A stretch of DNA of 64,000 nt from an uncultured virus (IMG/VR IMGVR_UViG_3300047661_000097) (IMGVR_UViG_3300047661_000097); one strand, 5' to 3'; shown: positions 20,576 to 30,868, counted from the stretch's first letter. The notes: generated from the letters alone by a model not told the origin. Program-made: numbers and translations.

Positions 20576-20616
20576 GATTGCTCCTGTACCGCCGCAACCC
20601 GGCTAAAATGCCCTTG

Positions 20617-20979
20617 TTAAAACTGCCCAACGAGTGCACCAAGTTGAACCGACTCGCCTGAAAGGTTTGTTGTACTCGCCACTTCGTTTCCAACCGTACC
20701 TGCGGATGCCAAGGCATAAAACCAGCGAAGATACCATTGCTGCCGCGTGCCGGTTCCGGCGGGATCTGGATAAACCACGTACTTGCCGCTTACGCTTGTC
20801 ACACCACCAAGAAGCACATCAATGTAGTAGTTCGGCAAGTTAAGAGTCACCAAATCCCCAGTACCAAGAACGTACGACGTCGGCCCAGTACCATTTCCGA
20901 CAAAGGTCGCGCGGCGACCGATAAAGTCTGGATAGAGCGGGCCGCCGCCTGTTCCTTTTCCCAGCGCTGTCAGAATCAT
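20617..20979 (-). CDS. Small virion protein (120 aa), paralogue of the DUF3494 carrier
   Basis: Shares MILTA...LYP.F.GRR, LPNYYID, WYLRWF and C-terminal VGQF with 19568-20575. Confidence 0.7.
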   Translation of the reverse strand: MILTALGKGTGGGPLYPDFIGRRATFVGNGTGPTSYVLGTGDLVTLNLPNYYIDVLLGGVTSVSGKYVVYPDPAGTGTRQQWYLRWFYALASAGTVGNEVASTTNLSGESVQLGALVGQF

Positions 20980-20988
20980 GGTTTCTCC

Positions 20989-21849
20989 TTAGTCCTGAAC
21001 CACCGGCACACTGTTCAAGTAAATCTTGAACAAGTTCAACGAAACCGGAAGATCAACAGCTTGGCCAATCGTTGCTGTCGTTGGTGACGCTGTAGCCGAA
21101 GGAGCAATAACCGTTCCACCAGTCGTAGCTTCAACCCAGTTACTAACAGCAGCACCAGCGCCAATTGCCGAATAGCCCAAAACAGTCGCCGTACCAAGTT
21201 CTTGAACAAAGCCGTAGTTACCTGGCGTAATCGAATTCAAGAACACAACCGGTCGTACGGTACCAACACCAGGCAAGGCAGCACTACCAGCCGTGGCAAC
21301 ATCGTAGCTAGTCACTACATTCGGGCTTGTGCTTAGCTGCGCAGCGATCGTGCCGCCGGCTGTGCCGGTAATCGTCAACGAAAAGGCAGGAACAGAAGTG
21401 TAGCCATAGCCAGGCTGCACAACGGTAGCGCTCGTGATTGTGCCAGTAGAGCCAACAACAACCTGAATTACCGCATTAAAACCACCGCCGCTGCCGGCAG
21501 TTGCCGCAATGTTGTAAGTTCCAGTTGTCGCTCCCGTGCCAGCAGCCGTAATCACAACGCCAGCTACAGTGCTCCCAGCGCGCACGTAACCGACAGTTCC
21601 GGTCTTTACATTGGCCGCTGTGGCGCCAGAATCAACTTGCACAAAGCGATACCGCCCTGCATATAAAGTGCCGGTGGTCGTGAACGATCCTTGGAACGCT
21701 TCCTGATTGGTAGCGTCAAAAAAATCGCCAAGGTTCAATCCACCAGCCGCAAACGGCTGTCCTGTACGAAGATCTGTAATCGCAGTCGGCGAGGTAAAGT
21801 TCCCGTTATTCCATGCCAACCAAGTAGGCACAATAGGCTGAAAAGGCAT
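20989..21849 (-). CDS. Putative capsid decoration / minor capsid protein
   Basis: G/T/A-rich, immediately downstream of the major capsid region. Confidence 0.5.
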   Translation of the reverse strand: MPFQPIVPTWLAWNNGNFTSPTAITDLRTGQPFAAGGLNLGDFFDATNQEAFQGSFTTTGTLYAGRYRFVQVDSGATAANVKTGTVGYVRAGSTVAGVVITAAGTGATTGTYNIAATAGSGGGFNAVIQVVVGSTGTITSATVVQPGYGYTSVPAFSLTITGTAGGTIAAQLSTSPNVVTSYDVATAGSAALPGVGTVRPVVFLNSITPGNYGFVQELGTATVLGYSAIGAGAAVSNWVEATTGGTVIAPSATASPTTATIGQAVDLPVSLNLFKIYLNSVPVVQD

Positions 21850-22397
21850 TAGACTATCTCCTTCGCTGTTGGCAATGCGCTTTCAATTAGCGCGTTGCTT
21901 GCGTTATTCACATCGAGCAAATCCCATCGGTCTTCCATATCTATAAGCCGCTGTTCAGTAACTTTCTTAAACACCCTACGGTTGTTTGAATTGCTTTCAA
22001 ATCCTTTACGGCTAAACCAAACTGCTTTTTCAGCATGAGCAGTTGGCAAAATAAAAAATCTGTTTTCGTCAACGCCCCACAATACAAAAAAATCAGCAAC
22101 TTCTGAATATGGCCGTAAATTGCTGCGCTTAACTTTCTTTGCATTGCTATCCCATGCACCGCGTCTCAATGCAAAACCGTAGGCTCCATTTGGATAATTG
22201 ACGCCACTTTGAATCCGCAAATGTGCGGTCTTAACTTGAATGCGCAATCCGTTATCCAAAACAATGTCGTAACCAACATCAAGTCCCGGAAAAAGCGGGA
22301 TATGCCCACGCATAGCAAGTTGAGAAGATACCGCCCACACGCCTGCTTGCGCCCTTAATTGAAAATCTTTTCCGTACTGTCTGTTAACAAGCGTCAT
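21849..22397 (-). CDS. PD-(D/E)XK endonuclease, free-standing homing-type
   Basis: 'GYDIVLDNGLRIQVKTA' motif, inserted between capsid genes. Confidence 0.75.
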   Translation of the reverse strand: MTLVNRQYGKDFQLRAQAGVWAVSSQLAMRGHIPLFPGLDVGYDIVLDNGLRIQVKTAHLRIQSGVNYPNGAYGFALRRGAWDSNAKKVKRSNLRPYSEVADFFVLWGVDENRFFILPTAHAEKAVWFSRKGFESNSNNRRVFKKVTEQRLIDMEDRWDLLDVNNASNALIESALPTAKEIV

Positions 22398-22404
22398 TTA
22401 ATCC

Positions 22405-23637
22405 TTAGGCAGTAAAGCCAAACGCATAGTTAGAATGCCGCGGCTGAGTATTGTATAGGTTTGTTCCAAGCCGCATGAACAAAGCATCGATGCTCACGTT
22501 GTTCGGCATCGGCGCGCGACGCAGTCCGAAGTTCCAGCCCTTCTTATTTGTTGGGCGAATCTTGAAGCTTTCCGGCTCCAAGAAATAAAGCACTTCAGAA
22601 GGCTGAATTGTCGTATTTGAAGGCAAGCCAGAACCAGTCGGCGATGTCGTGACAGGCGCGCCATTCTTCGTAAACTGCGGCGTGGTAAACGAAACTGTTG
22701 CCGTGCTCGATCCAACGCCGTCAGCAAGATTTGTGTTGCCTGCCGCGCCATTGGCTGGTGCCAATTCAAGGTAGTTTTGAGCTTGAACGGAAGGAGCAAG
22801 CGGATCGGCATAAATATCAACGCCGTTAAAGTTCAGTCCATCCCACTTGATGTCGTGCTTGGTATTCGAAATATCGCGCCGCTGCGCATCGAGCGCAACC
22901 GCAACCGCCTTAAATCCAAACACGTTCGTGATCCCGAGCGTCGGATTGCCGCCAGTCACTTTGCACTGCGACCAAAGCTGCATCAACGCCGCAAAATCGA
23001 TCTGGCCAGTGGCACCAGTCGATGTACCCAAATACAGCGGCGTGGTGTTCAGCGCGGTTCCAATATTTCCATTGCGCGCCTGACCGCCGTACGTGGTGTA
23101 AATATTGCCGTACACCGAGGGATCGATCCCGTTATTCAACGCTTCGTCCAGGCCGTTGATCGTCTTAATACGATTGTCCTGAACCGTTGTCGAAGAAGGC
23201 TGACCGTGACGAAACGAATCCATCTCCTGCATGGTGTTCATGGTCATAACCATGGCTTCCATGTAGAGCTGGTACTCGTCGACAATCCGCGACGGGCCGG
23301 AGTTGATAACGCCTCCGGTGCCGGAGCCGTCATCCATTTCCCAGTCATCCAGCGGATACCAAGTCGCGTACGCCTTTGGCAGGAACTTGATGCCGGTGTT
23401 GATCTGCTGGCGAGTAACCGTAACAGTTTGGCCAGGATTTACCGCAGCACCCTGCGTACGTCCGTAGAGGATGCCTTCCATCATGCCCGCGCCGCCCAGG
23501 AACTCATCCCAAACACCAGCACGACGCAACTTAGCTTGGAAAGGAGTGTCCACAAACAAGTTGTTATAAACGACGTTTTTTCTTACGCTTTCTAAGTTAC
23601 TCGCGTCGATTTCGTTGTAAAGTGGGTCCGTTGGCAT
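22405..23637 (-). CDS. Major capsid protein
   Basis: 410 aa after a scaffold-like gene, with 'INGLDEAL' and 'GLNFNGVDIYAD' and strong codon bias. Confidence 0.75.
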   Translation of the reverse strand: MPTDPLYNEIDASNLESVRKNVVYNNLFVDTPFQAKLRRAGVWDEFLGGAGMMEGILYGRTQGAAVNPGQTVTVTRQQINTGIKFLPKAYATWYPLDDWEMDDGSGTGGVINSGPSRIVDEYQLYMEAMVMTMNTMQEMDSFRHGQPSSTTVQDNRIKTINGLDEALNNGIDPSVYGNIYTTYGGQARNGNIGTALNTTPLYLGTSTGATGQIDFAALMQLWSQCKVTGGNPTLGITNVFGFKAVAVALDAQRRDISNTKHDIKWDGLNFNGVDIYADPLAPSVQAQNYLELAPANGAAGNTNLADGVGSSTATVSFTTPQFTKNGAPVTTSPTGSGLPSNTTIQPSEVLYFLEPESFKIRPTNKKGWNFGLRRAPMPNNVSIDALFMRLGTNLYNTQPRHSNYAFGFTA

Positions 23638-23715
23638 ATAAATCCTGTCCTTTCAGCGTGTTACTTGGTTATTCCGTAACCATCAATCTTGAATTTTTTT
23701 CCCAAAAACAAAAAA

Positions 23716-23777
23716 GGCTCAAGCCATTTCCGGCTTGAGCCATTGCTTATTCCCCGAAGGGGGGCATGTGTCTCGAC
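23716..23777 (-). promoter_or_regulatory. Conserved structured late-leader element, copy 3 of 5 (upstream of capsid)
   Basis: Minus strand ends in GGCTCAAGCC-GGAAAT-GGCTTGAGCC-TTTTTTGTTTTT, a perfect terminator-like hairpin. Confidence 0.8.
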
Positions 23778-23800
23778 TACTAACTCAAAAAATTACCGCA

Positions 23801-24820
23801 CTAAGCAGCTACCGCTTGCTCCACTATTTCCTGGTGAATTGAATGAGAAGTTGCTTGACGGCGTTGTTGGTCGTTCAAACTCAACGGATCTGGGCGTTCA
23901 TTGGCTTTTACGGCACGCGCCACATCGGCAAACCGCGAAGGTTGCGCAACATGAACGTCCGGGTTCGATCCAATCTTTTCCGCCCATTCCTTATCTTTTG
24001 CCACCAGTTTTTCTTGAATTTCTTTATCCTTGGCGGCTAACTGCTCTTGCAGCGGTTTCTGCGCAGCGGCTGCAACTTCGGCATCATGCTCTTGCTGTAC
24101 CTTTTGCTGCAAAGCCGCTTGCTTGCTAGAGAAATCGTACTTGCGAGCTACATAATCGCGGAATGGCAAGCGGGCATTTGATGCTTCTTTCGCTAGCACA
24201 TCAAAGCTGTCAGGCAAAAACTGACCGCCGCTTAGCCTGGCGTATTCCTGCATTGCCCAACCGACATTACTGATGCCGGCTCCCAAGCGCTCGTCAATGG
24301 CCTCCAAAGAGAAAACCGGAGAGCCGGGTGTACCTTCACCGGTGCCGGCCACATAGCGACCCTTTGCGTCACGTACTTGGATAGGTTGAGTAGGGGGTGC
24401 AAGAGGATTTTGCGGTTGATAGCCCGGCGCATCCTGCGGAATAAATCCACCAGTTCGCGCTGATTCATTTTGAGTTTTATAGAACGCGATTTGCGCCTCT
24501 AAATTTGCCTTTTCCGTACCCCATGTATTAAGCGCCGGCGCAATGCTTTCGTCATAGAACTGACGATAACTACGCTCTGCAACTTCGGCCGACTCCTTTG
24601 CTTCAGCAGCAGTCTTACGCTCTTGCTCGGCCTTTGTAACAGCGTCTGCCGCGGCTTTTCTTTCTTGTTCTGCTTTTGCCGCAGCTTGCTGTGCAGCTTG
24701 GCGCTCCTGTTCCGCAGTCGTCAATACACCGCTAAAAGCCTCAACGGCCTTAGCGTCGATGGCGGCGATTTGTTCATCGGTAAAGCCGGATTGTTTCAAA
24801 ATTTCTTGAACAGTAGCCAT
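23801..24820 (-). CDS. Scaffolding protein
   Basis: A/E/Q/K coiled-coil protein between portal and capsid. Confidence 0.6.
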   Translation of the reverse strand: MATVQEILKQSGFTDEQIAAIDAKAVEAFSGVLTTAEQERQAAQQAAAKAEQERKAAADAVTKAEQERKTAAEAKESAEVAERSYRQFYDESIAPALNTWGTEKANLEAQIAFYKTQNESARTGGFIPQDAPGYQPQNPLAPPTQPIQVRDAKGRYVAGTGEGTPGSPVFSLEAIDERLGAGISNVGWAMQEYARLSGGQFLPDSFDVLAKEASNARLPFRDYVARKYDFSSKQAALQQKVQQEHDAEVAAAAQKPLQEQLAAKDKEIQEKLVAKDKEWAEKIGSNPDVHVAQPSRFADVARAVKANERPDPLSLNDQQRRQATSHSIHQEIVEQAVAA

Positions 24821-24843
24821 AACAGTGTTTTCTCCCGAAATTT

Positions 24844-25158
24844 TTAATATTGTGGCTGTTGAGCCATAGGTGTCGGTTGCGGCGGCGTAATAAGTGCCGT
24901 CTGCATATCCTGAATACCTTGTGAAACTTTTTCAGCGCCTGCAGCAAGACGCGGATCGGAAGCAGCCATTTGCTTTACGACTTGGTACCATTGCGCAAGT
25001 AATCTTTGTAGATCGGTGCCAGGGCCTTGCGAAGGCGCTTGTGGCTGTTGCTGCGAAGCATCTGATGGGGGAGGGGTCTGCTGAGGCGCGCCGCCTCCCT
25101 GGGGGGGTGCGGCGCCCTGAGTTTGTTGATCTGGCATTGGTGTTGGAGTAGTCGCCAT
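24844..25158 (-). CDS. P/Q-rich hypothetical protein
   Basis: 104-aa ORF in the late operon. Confidence 0.55.
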   Translation of the reverse strand: MATTPTPMPDQQTQGAAPPQGGGAPQQTPPPSDASQQQPQAPSQGPGTDLQRLLAQWYQVVKQMAASDPRLAAGAEKVSQGIQDMQTALITPPQPTPMAQQPQY

Positions 25159-25162
25159 TTAA

Positions 25163-25270
25163 TTAAGCCTTAATGGCGCTTTTCTTGCCACGGCCCTTGC
25201 GGCCACGAGCTTTGCGGCCCCTCTTCAGGTGACTCGCCTTCACAGCTTTAACGCGATGACGCTTTGCCAT
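25163..25270 (-). CDS. 35-aa protamine-like peptide (not in ORF track)
   Basis: MAKRHRVKAVKASHLKRGRKARGRKGRGKKSAIKA, with an AAGGAG RBS. Confidence 0.65.
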   Translation of the reverse strand: MAKRHRVKAVKASHLKRGRKARGRKGRGKKSAIKA

Positions 25271-25297
25271 GATGTTCTCCTTGGGTTGAAATAGAAA

Positions 25298-25364
25298 TGG
25301 CCCAGGGGCCATTTCGGTCCTGAGCCATTGCTTATTCCCCAAGGAGGGGGGGCATGCCGCTCAA
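25298..25364 (-). promoter_or_regulatory. Conserved structured late-leader element, copy 4 of 5
   Basis: Core motif, preceded on the minus strand by TTGACA-N17-TATATA. Confidence 0.8.
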
Positions 25365-25411
25365 TATCTTTTCGATATATATGACTTATATTACTCTTTG
25401 TCAAGCACTAA

Positions 25412-25651
25412 TTACAAAATTTTTGTACCTATGCCTAATAAGTTGCGAGTTTCTTCCACAAGAAGCTCCGGAATTCTAGTACGTTGCTCTACATTTACTC
25501 CTTGATGTTTGCCTTGGTTGTACTGAATAACCATTTTTCCGGTCGTACCGGTTGCTTTAAGTATTTCATCGACCTCGGCGACATTAGCAGGTAATTCAAT
25601 GCTGGCTTCAGTCACGAAGTAATCTTTTTGAACAGCAATCTGAAAAGGCAT
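25412..25651 (-). CDS. Hypothetical protein (79 aa)
   Basis: AAGGAG RBS. Confidence 0.55.
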   Translation of the reverse strand: MPFQIAVQKDYFVTEASIELPANVAEVDEILKATGTTGKMVIQYNQGKHQGVNVEQRTRIPELLVEETRNLLGIGTKIL

Positions 25652-25669
25652 TCGTATCTCCTTCTGTTT

Positions 25670-27757
25670 TTACGATTCACTAACAACGGTTCTGGGCGTG
25701 CCACCTTGAGAACCTTTTTGTTTTAATTGCGGTGCTTTTGCTCCGCTTGGGGGGCGACCACCACTACCTTTCCCCTCACCACCACCTTTACCGCCACCGC
25801 CACCCTTACCACCGCCTTTTCCGCCACCCTCCTGCGGAGACTGAATTCCTAGCTGCTGCATTAACTGCTGAGCAGCAGCGGCAGCAATGATCTTAAGTTT
25901 TTGCATTTCAATTTCTTCGTTAAACCATTTTTCGCGCTCGGTGTTGCCAGGCACATCGCCGTAATTCGGCACGTCAAGTTTTTTCATGACTGTCGCCCAT
26001 GAAATAGGGGCATTTCCGCGCTTTAGTTGCAAATACTTCATTTGCTCTTGCATCTGCGTAATACGCAGCAAGGTGCTCGGCACAGAAACTAAACGAATTT
26101 GCTTGGCAAACCAACGCGCGCGCGTTAAACGATCATACTGGGATGAATTTGGCGGGAAATTTCCACCAATAAGTTCATCCGGCATATGGCTAGGAACCAA
26201 GTCATCCGGATTGAAATCAAAAACCTCCCTGTCGACTTGATCTGGGCCAACATATTCCATAACCCGTTTTACGTTGAACCATTGCAAAATAAGAAACTTC
26301 ATGCGCTCGCCAATGGCCTTATTTGCTTTTTCAATCCTTGCCGCAATGCCCTTGGCAATAGGCCCAATTGATTCCAGCATCTTATCGGCCGTTTCATTGG
26401 CCAAGTTCATTTTGATGTTTTGCAGATTTCCTAAGTCTTGTAACCCTAATTGCGACTGTTTGCAGTTTTTTAGGTACTCTAAGAACTTAAAATGTTCTGA
26501 ATTGACGCGAACCTCTTCAGGCAAAATCGATTGCATAATTTTTTTGGGCTCGCCATCAACGCCGTACCGAACGTCTTCTTCAAAAATGTCAAAATGCTCA
26601 ATTTTTGCGCCACCGGTCGCGGTGTGATCGTAACCAATTGGTGGGTTTAGCGTAGCCGTAATAACTTGATCGATTTTTCGTTCAATTTTTCGAGTTGTAA
26701 TTTCGATCGAACCGACATCGCCGACCAAAGATCGTCCCATCGGTTCCCAAGCCCAATCATCGACAACATACTGAATGACCGGCATCTTACCGTCCCAATC
26801 GAATGCTGGCCCGTCGTACATTGGTCGATCCAAACCCGCCGAAGTGATAATGAGCCTTAGATTTGGATATACGCGGCAATCCTCGATGCTTCCCGGTCGC
26901 ATGTAAGGCATTCCGTTGCGCATCCCGCCAAAAATCATTTGGCCAACGTAGGGCACTTTGTAAAACCAGCTTGTGTTCGGATCGCCCATTGGCAATTCAA
27001 AACCAGTATTATTGATACGAAGATCTCGAATGAACGTATAGCGGATCTCCGTATAGAGATTTCCGAAACTACGACCCTGTTCGCCGTAACGGTAGCGCTC
27101 TGCATAATCCAAGCGTCGCGCTTGCGTTTGTGTTTTGTAGCTACGCGGCCCAACTGTCTGCAAAAGTCCTTGATAAAGTGGAAACCGGCCATGAGCTTCC
27201 GCAATCGGCATGTAATCGTAAATTGTGACCGCATAGGCATCTTGCACATCATTGGTTCGCGGAATTTGTACCGGAACAACATCTAAAAGTCCTAAAGCTT
27301 CGAAAACGATCTTGCGTTCGCCGTATCCATATTCATCGGCACGCACTTTAGGCCACAGATACCCGATGCCCATTACGCTGGCATATTGCAGGACTTTTAA
27401 AATCTGGAAGGGAAAATCTGATTCTAGATAGACTGCCCTAGAAACCTTAGTAAGCATTTCTGCAAATTTTTTATAGGCGGGAAAATCGGAACCATAGGCT
27501 GCAATTTCGCGAACTTCAGCCAAAGTCTCGCAAAATTTACGAATATCGTACTTTAGCTCATTCGTTATGAGTGTCGATCGCGATTTATCGCGAAAAATCG
27601 CATCAAACACACGTAGGTTAGCGCCCAAATTCTTGAAGCAGGTTTGACCCTCTAAGAAACCTTCGCCTTCTTGAATTTGTTCTTCAACCCATCCAGCGCG
27701 AACGCTGGGTGACGACTCAAAGCTTGGTACTTGCCAGCAGGTTGTATCTAACTCCAT
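25670..27757 (-). CDS. Portal protein
   Basis: 695 aa between terminase and scaffold, with a Q/G-rich C-terminal tail as in P22-like portals. Confidence 0.7.
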   Translation of the reverse strand: MELDTTCWQVPSFESSPSVRAGWVEEQIQEGEGFLEGQTCFKNLGANLRVFDAIFRDKSRSTLITNELKYDIRKFCETLAEVREIAAYGSDFPAYKKFAEMLTKVSRAVYLESDFPFQILKVLQYASVMGIGYLWPKVRADEYGYGERKIVFEALGLLDVVPVQIPRTNDVQDAYAVTIYDYMPIAEAHGRFPLYQGLLQTVGPRSYKTQTQARRLDYAERYRYGEQGRSFGNLYTEIRYTFIRDLRINNTGFELPMGDPNTSWFYKVPYVGQMIFGGMRNGMPYMRPGSIEDCRVYPNLRLIITSAGLDRPMYDGPAFDWDGKMPVIQYVVDDWAWEPMGRSLVGDVGSIEITTRKIERKIDQVITATLNPPIGYDHTATGGAKIEHFDIFEEDVRYGVDGEPKKIMQSILPEEVRVNSEHFKFLEYLKNCKQSQLGLQDLGNLQNIKMNLANETADKMLESIGPIAKGIAARIEKANKAIGERMKFLILQWFNVKRVMEYVGPDQVDREVFDFNPDDLVPSHMPDELIGGNFPPNSSQYDRLTRARWFAKQIRLVSVPSTLLRITQMQEQMKYLQLKRGNAPISWATVMKKLDVPNYGDVPGNTEREKWFNEEIEMQKLKIIAAAAAQQLMQQLGIQSPQEGGGKGGGKGGGGGKGGGEGKGSGGRPPSGAKAPQLKQKGSQGGTPRTVVSES

Positions 27758-27835
27758 TCATAACTGCTTTCCTCCTCGGTAAGCTACTATCGTGCATAGT
27801 ACTTAAAAATCGGCTTTTCGTCCACAACAAGTTAG

Positions 27836-28225
27836 TTAACGATGCTGTTCGTATGCTTCGCTGTGCAAATAGCTAATGCGTTTTTGCTTGGTGCGATCTT
27901 CACGCTTGTCGTAAAGCATTAAATGACGTTCCAAAAACTCCCGATTAATTGCATTGCGTGCATTCGATATTTGCCACAAAATTTGTTTGCGCAGCGCATC
28001 TCGTATCGGACCTTCAACCATTTCACGTTTTTGATTATTTATTTCGCCATTCATTGCTTCCCAAGTGCGCATTTTCTCCGAACATAGTTCGGCCTCGTGC
28101 GCCGTATTGCACACAACTTTTTCAAAACCATCTGGTGCCGGATATGCTTCTGGTAGTCCCATGCGCCATTCTTTGGTCGTTGGGCTAAACCAATAAACGA
28201 TTTTTTTGCTTAAATTAGCACTCAT
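27836..28225 (-). CDS. Hypothetical protein (129 aa)
   Basis: ORF between terminase and portal. Confidence 0.55.
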   Translation of the reverse strand: MSANLSKKIVYWFSPTTKEWRMGLPEAYPAPDGFEKVVCNTAHEAELCSEKMRTWEAMNGEINNQKREMVEGPIRDALRKQILWQISNARNAINREFLERHLMLYDKREDRTKQKRISYLHSEAYEQHR

Positions 28226-28231
28226 GGTTGA

Positions 28232-30841
28232 TTAATCCCATCCTCCTACCCCAACGGCATTAAGGGAGCATACAGAGTGGCTAAGCGGCGGATTTATATT
28301 TGTTGGCGGTGAATAGCGTCGTTGCGCACGATCCGCCAATACATCCATGTCGTGAACCGTAAAGTACGATTGCGCAGCTGCGCGTACGCGGTCGTCATGG
28401 TAACCGCTACGATGCACCATTTTTGAAGCTCGGCCGGCGGCTTCATGGCGCTCCAGGGTCTTTAACTCTTCAATTAGCCACTTTGACGACGGTCGATACC
28501 AACCTCCATTTACGGCTTCCGTAAAGCGCGTCATCAAAATAGGCACGCTCCATACGTTTGAATACCAACCCTGCTTTTTGCTTGAATCGTCTTTAATCTT
28601 TTGGCTATCGTAGCGCTTTGGCTTGTGATGGTTATGGAATCCCATTAGCTTGAGCTGGTGTTGGCAAGTATCGCCAGGTCGGCTGATCTGTTCTACGCAA
28701 AATTTGACACCCAACGGGTTTTTGGTTCGTTCGCCATACCAAGCAGCTAAACAAGCAGCAAAGCCTACAATTTGTGCTGAATTTATCCTATTTGAAGTAA
28801 GTTCTGCCACTTGAATATCGCACTCATCACCAAATCTATTACGTGTCAAAGAAACGCAAGTGCGATCTTCATCCTCTTTTCCCAAACCATCAGCTGTATC
28901 AATTCCGCAGCTATAATCACAGCCCGGTTTTGGCTCTTCGTAAACCAAAAGCTTGTCTAGGGTATCGTTTTCTTCTTCTTCGTCTACCGTTTTTAATGGC
29001 ACCAAAGTCCAGAAAAATCTTTGTCCGCGGTCCGAAGTCCAATTAACACGAATATGTTGTTTTTCATAATCAATAGTCGTTTCATCAGGGTAAAACTCTT
29101 TGCCAATCGAATCACCAGTAATCGCGTATGCCTGAATTGGATTTTTTCTTTCAGCTTTACCATTTGGCTGAATTTCATAAACATACTTTTCGATTTCATC
29201 AATCACGTCAGAATCAAAAACACTGTCATGAACACCAGTTAAAGCCTCAAAATCATCGGCAGCCATTTGTGCAAACCAGATTTTTTGAGTATGGTTCTTG
29301 CACGCTTGGGAATAGTTAAACTCCCAGAACCATTGCTGCTCAACTGGCATTCTCCAATCTTTGCCTACTACTTTAGTTAAATATGGAGTATTACGAACAT
29401 AAAGTTCGCAACGCGTTATATGTTTGCGCGTGGCATCAATTGGATGCCAATCGCCAGGAATAGGAAATTTTCGAATCCAATCTTGCTCGGGATAAAGATC
29501 CGGCACCATAACCCAAGGAATAAAAATCGGGCAAAGCCGTGAGCGCCCTTTAGGCCAGTCTTCTTTAGCTGCGCGCCAAGTATCGGCCAGCCAGCCGGTG
29601 TTGCCGCCACCAGTTCCTTCAAAAACCAAAAACAAGTTGCGAGAGGAGTGAGTGGCCCTAAGTAGACCTTCCTCGATCACTTTCTTCGGTTTAGGTATAT
29701 CCGCTAACTCAGAAACGTGAATGGCCGTAGGTGTCCATCCTTGGGCAATTCCGGTCGCTTGCATACCAGACTGGATCGATAAGATCGATCCGTTCTCGTA
29801 GGAATTTTTTGATGTAGCTCTAGGCACAAGCCACCAAGGACATTGGTTGTAGACAGTATTTAAAATACGGCCGATCAATTCGGATTTATCCGATTGCACC
29901 GAAGCCATTACAGCTTGCGTATGTGGAATGAATAGCAGCTTATGAATAAATTTCAACGCGGTTTTGGTAGAATTATGCGATACAAACCCCTCGGCAATAA
30001 AGGTATGCGTTGAAGTTTGGATGTCAATCATCCGCTGCGGCGGAAGGGACTCCACCTTTACAACTTTTTTTAATTCAGTTGTTAGTTTAACTATTTTTTC
30101 AGATTTAATTATTCGCTCTTTGCCAAATGCGACATATCTGATTTTGTCGCCAACAATAATATCTTTGGTAAACTGCCAGCAAGCCTTTGTATTTTTATAG
30201 CCTAAAAAGCGGTGTTCTGGCGTCGCAATTAGTATGCGGCCGTCTTCAAACGTTAATCGTATTGCAGGTTGAAACACATCCCATTTAGCTTTAATTGTTG
30301 CCGTACTCATATACCATTTTTGATTATTTGTGTTAATTTCTTTTACAGCTACGACTTCTTCGCCAATAGCTAAATCATCAATCCGTTTCCACTCCAATTG
30401 TGCAGTAAGGACTTTCGTATCGGGCGATAGGCACATACCAACTTGCCGCGCCTTGATAACAAGCAACTCAATTGAAACTTGTTTTTCGTCAAAGTCCGCA
30501 ATTACTGAATCAAATATTTGTTGGGAAAGCCGGTTCTTAAATTTATAGATTTGGCCTTTTTCATTGCACACGTAGGCATAGCGGCTTTCAAAATAATTCG
30601 AGTCAAGGCCGCACAGTGCCTGCTCATTTTCAATCCAATGCCAAACTTCTTTACGACGTTTTTCAGAGATGGTACGGGTAAGAGTTACGTATGAAGATCG
30701 AGAGTTGCTCTCAACTTTTACAATAGAGTTGATGTAAGTCTTAAATTCATCTACTTGTTCAAGGGTATGATAGGTCGGCATCCATCCTTCGCGAGCTGCA
30801 AACTCGGTCAGGTTCGCCAGGATTACTCGTTCAGAATACAT
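28232..30841 (-). CDS. terL: Terminase large subunit with intein
   Basis: Walker A 'KARQVGM/ST', Walker B 'IHVSE', nuclease 'GIDTADG' and 'HDDRV'. Confidence 0.9.
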   Translation of the reverse strand: MYSERVILANLTEFAAREGWMPTYHTLEQVDEFKTYINSIVKVESNSRSSYVTLTRTISEKRRKEVWHWIENEQALCGLDSNYFESRYAYVCNEKGQIYKFKNRLSQQIFDSVIADFDEKQVSIELLVIKARQVGMCLSPDTKVLTAQLEWKRIDDLAIGEEVVAVKEINTNNQKWYMSTATIKAKWDVFQPAIRLTFEDGRILIATPEHRFLGYKNTKACWQFTKDIIVGDKIRYVAFGKERIIKSEKIVKLTTELKKVVKVESLPPQRMIDIQTSTHTFIAEGFVSHNSTKTALKFIHKLLFIPHTQAVMASVQSDKSELIGRILNTVYNQCPWWLVPRATSKNSYENGSILSIQSGMQATGIAQGWTPTAIHVSELADIPKPKKVIEEGLLRATHSSRNLFLVFEGTGGGNTGWLADTWRAAKEDWPKGRSRLCPIFIPWVMVPDLYPEQDWIRKFPIPGDWHPIDATRKHITRCELYVRNTPYLTKVVGKDWRMPVEQQWFWEFNYSQACKNHTQKIWFAQMAADDFEALTGVHDSVFDSDVIDEIEKYVYEIQPNGKAERKNPIQAYAITGDSIGKEFYPDETTIDYEKQHIRVNWTSDRGQRFFWTLVPLKTVDEEEENDTLDKLLVYEEPKPGCDYSCGIDTADGLGKEDEDRTCVSLTRNRFGDECDIQVAELTSNRINSAQIVGFAACLAAWYGERTKNPLGVKFCVEQISRPGDTCQHQLKLMGFHNHHKPKRYDSQKIKDDSSKKQGWYSNVWSVPILMTRFTEAVNGGWYRPSSKWLIEELKTLERHEAAGRASKMVHRSGYHDDRVRAAAQSYFTVHDMDVLADRAQRRYSPPTNINPPLSHSVCSLNAVGVGGWD
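29972..30433 (-). mobile_element. Mini-intein (154 aa) in TerL Walker A
   Basis: Begins CLSPDTKVLT, has block B 'ATPEHRF', ends 'FIAEGFVSHN' followed by Ser. Too short for a homing endonuclease domain. Confidence 0.92.
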
Positions 30842-30868
30842 GCAGCTCCGGAACTCCGAAGCGAAAAG

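Noticed and set aside
890..23595. Long plus-strand ORFs (890-1537, 14557-15318, 22777-23595 and others)
   Set aside because: Antisense shadows of structural genes, with no motifs.
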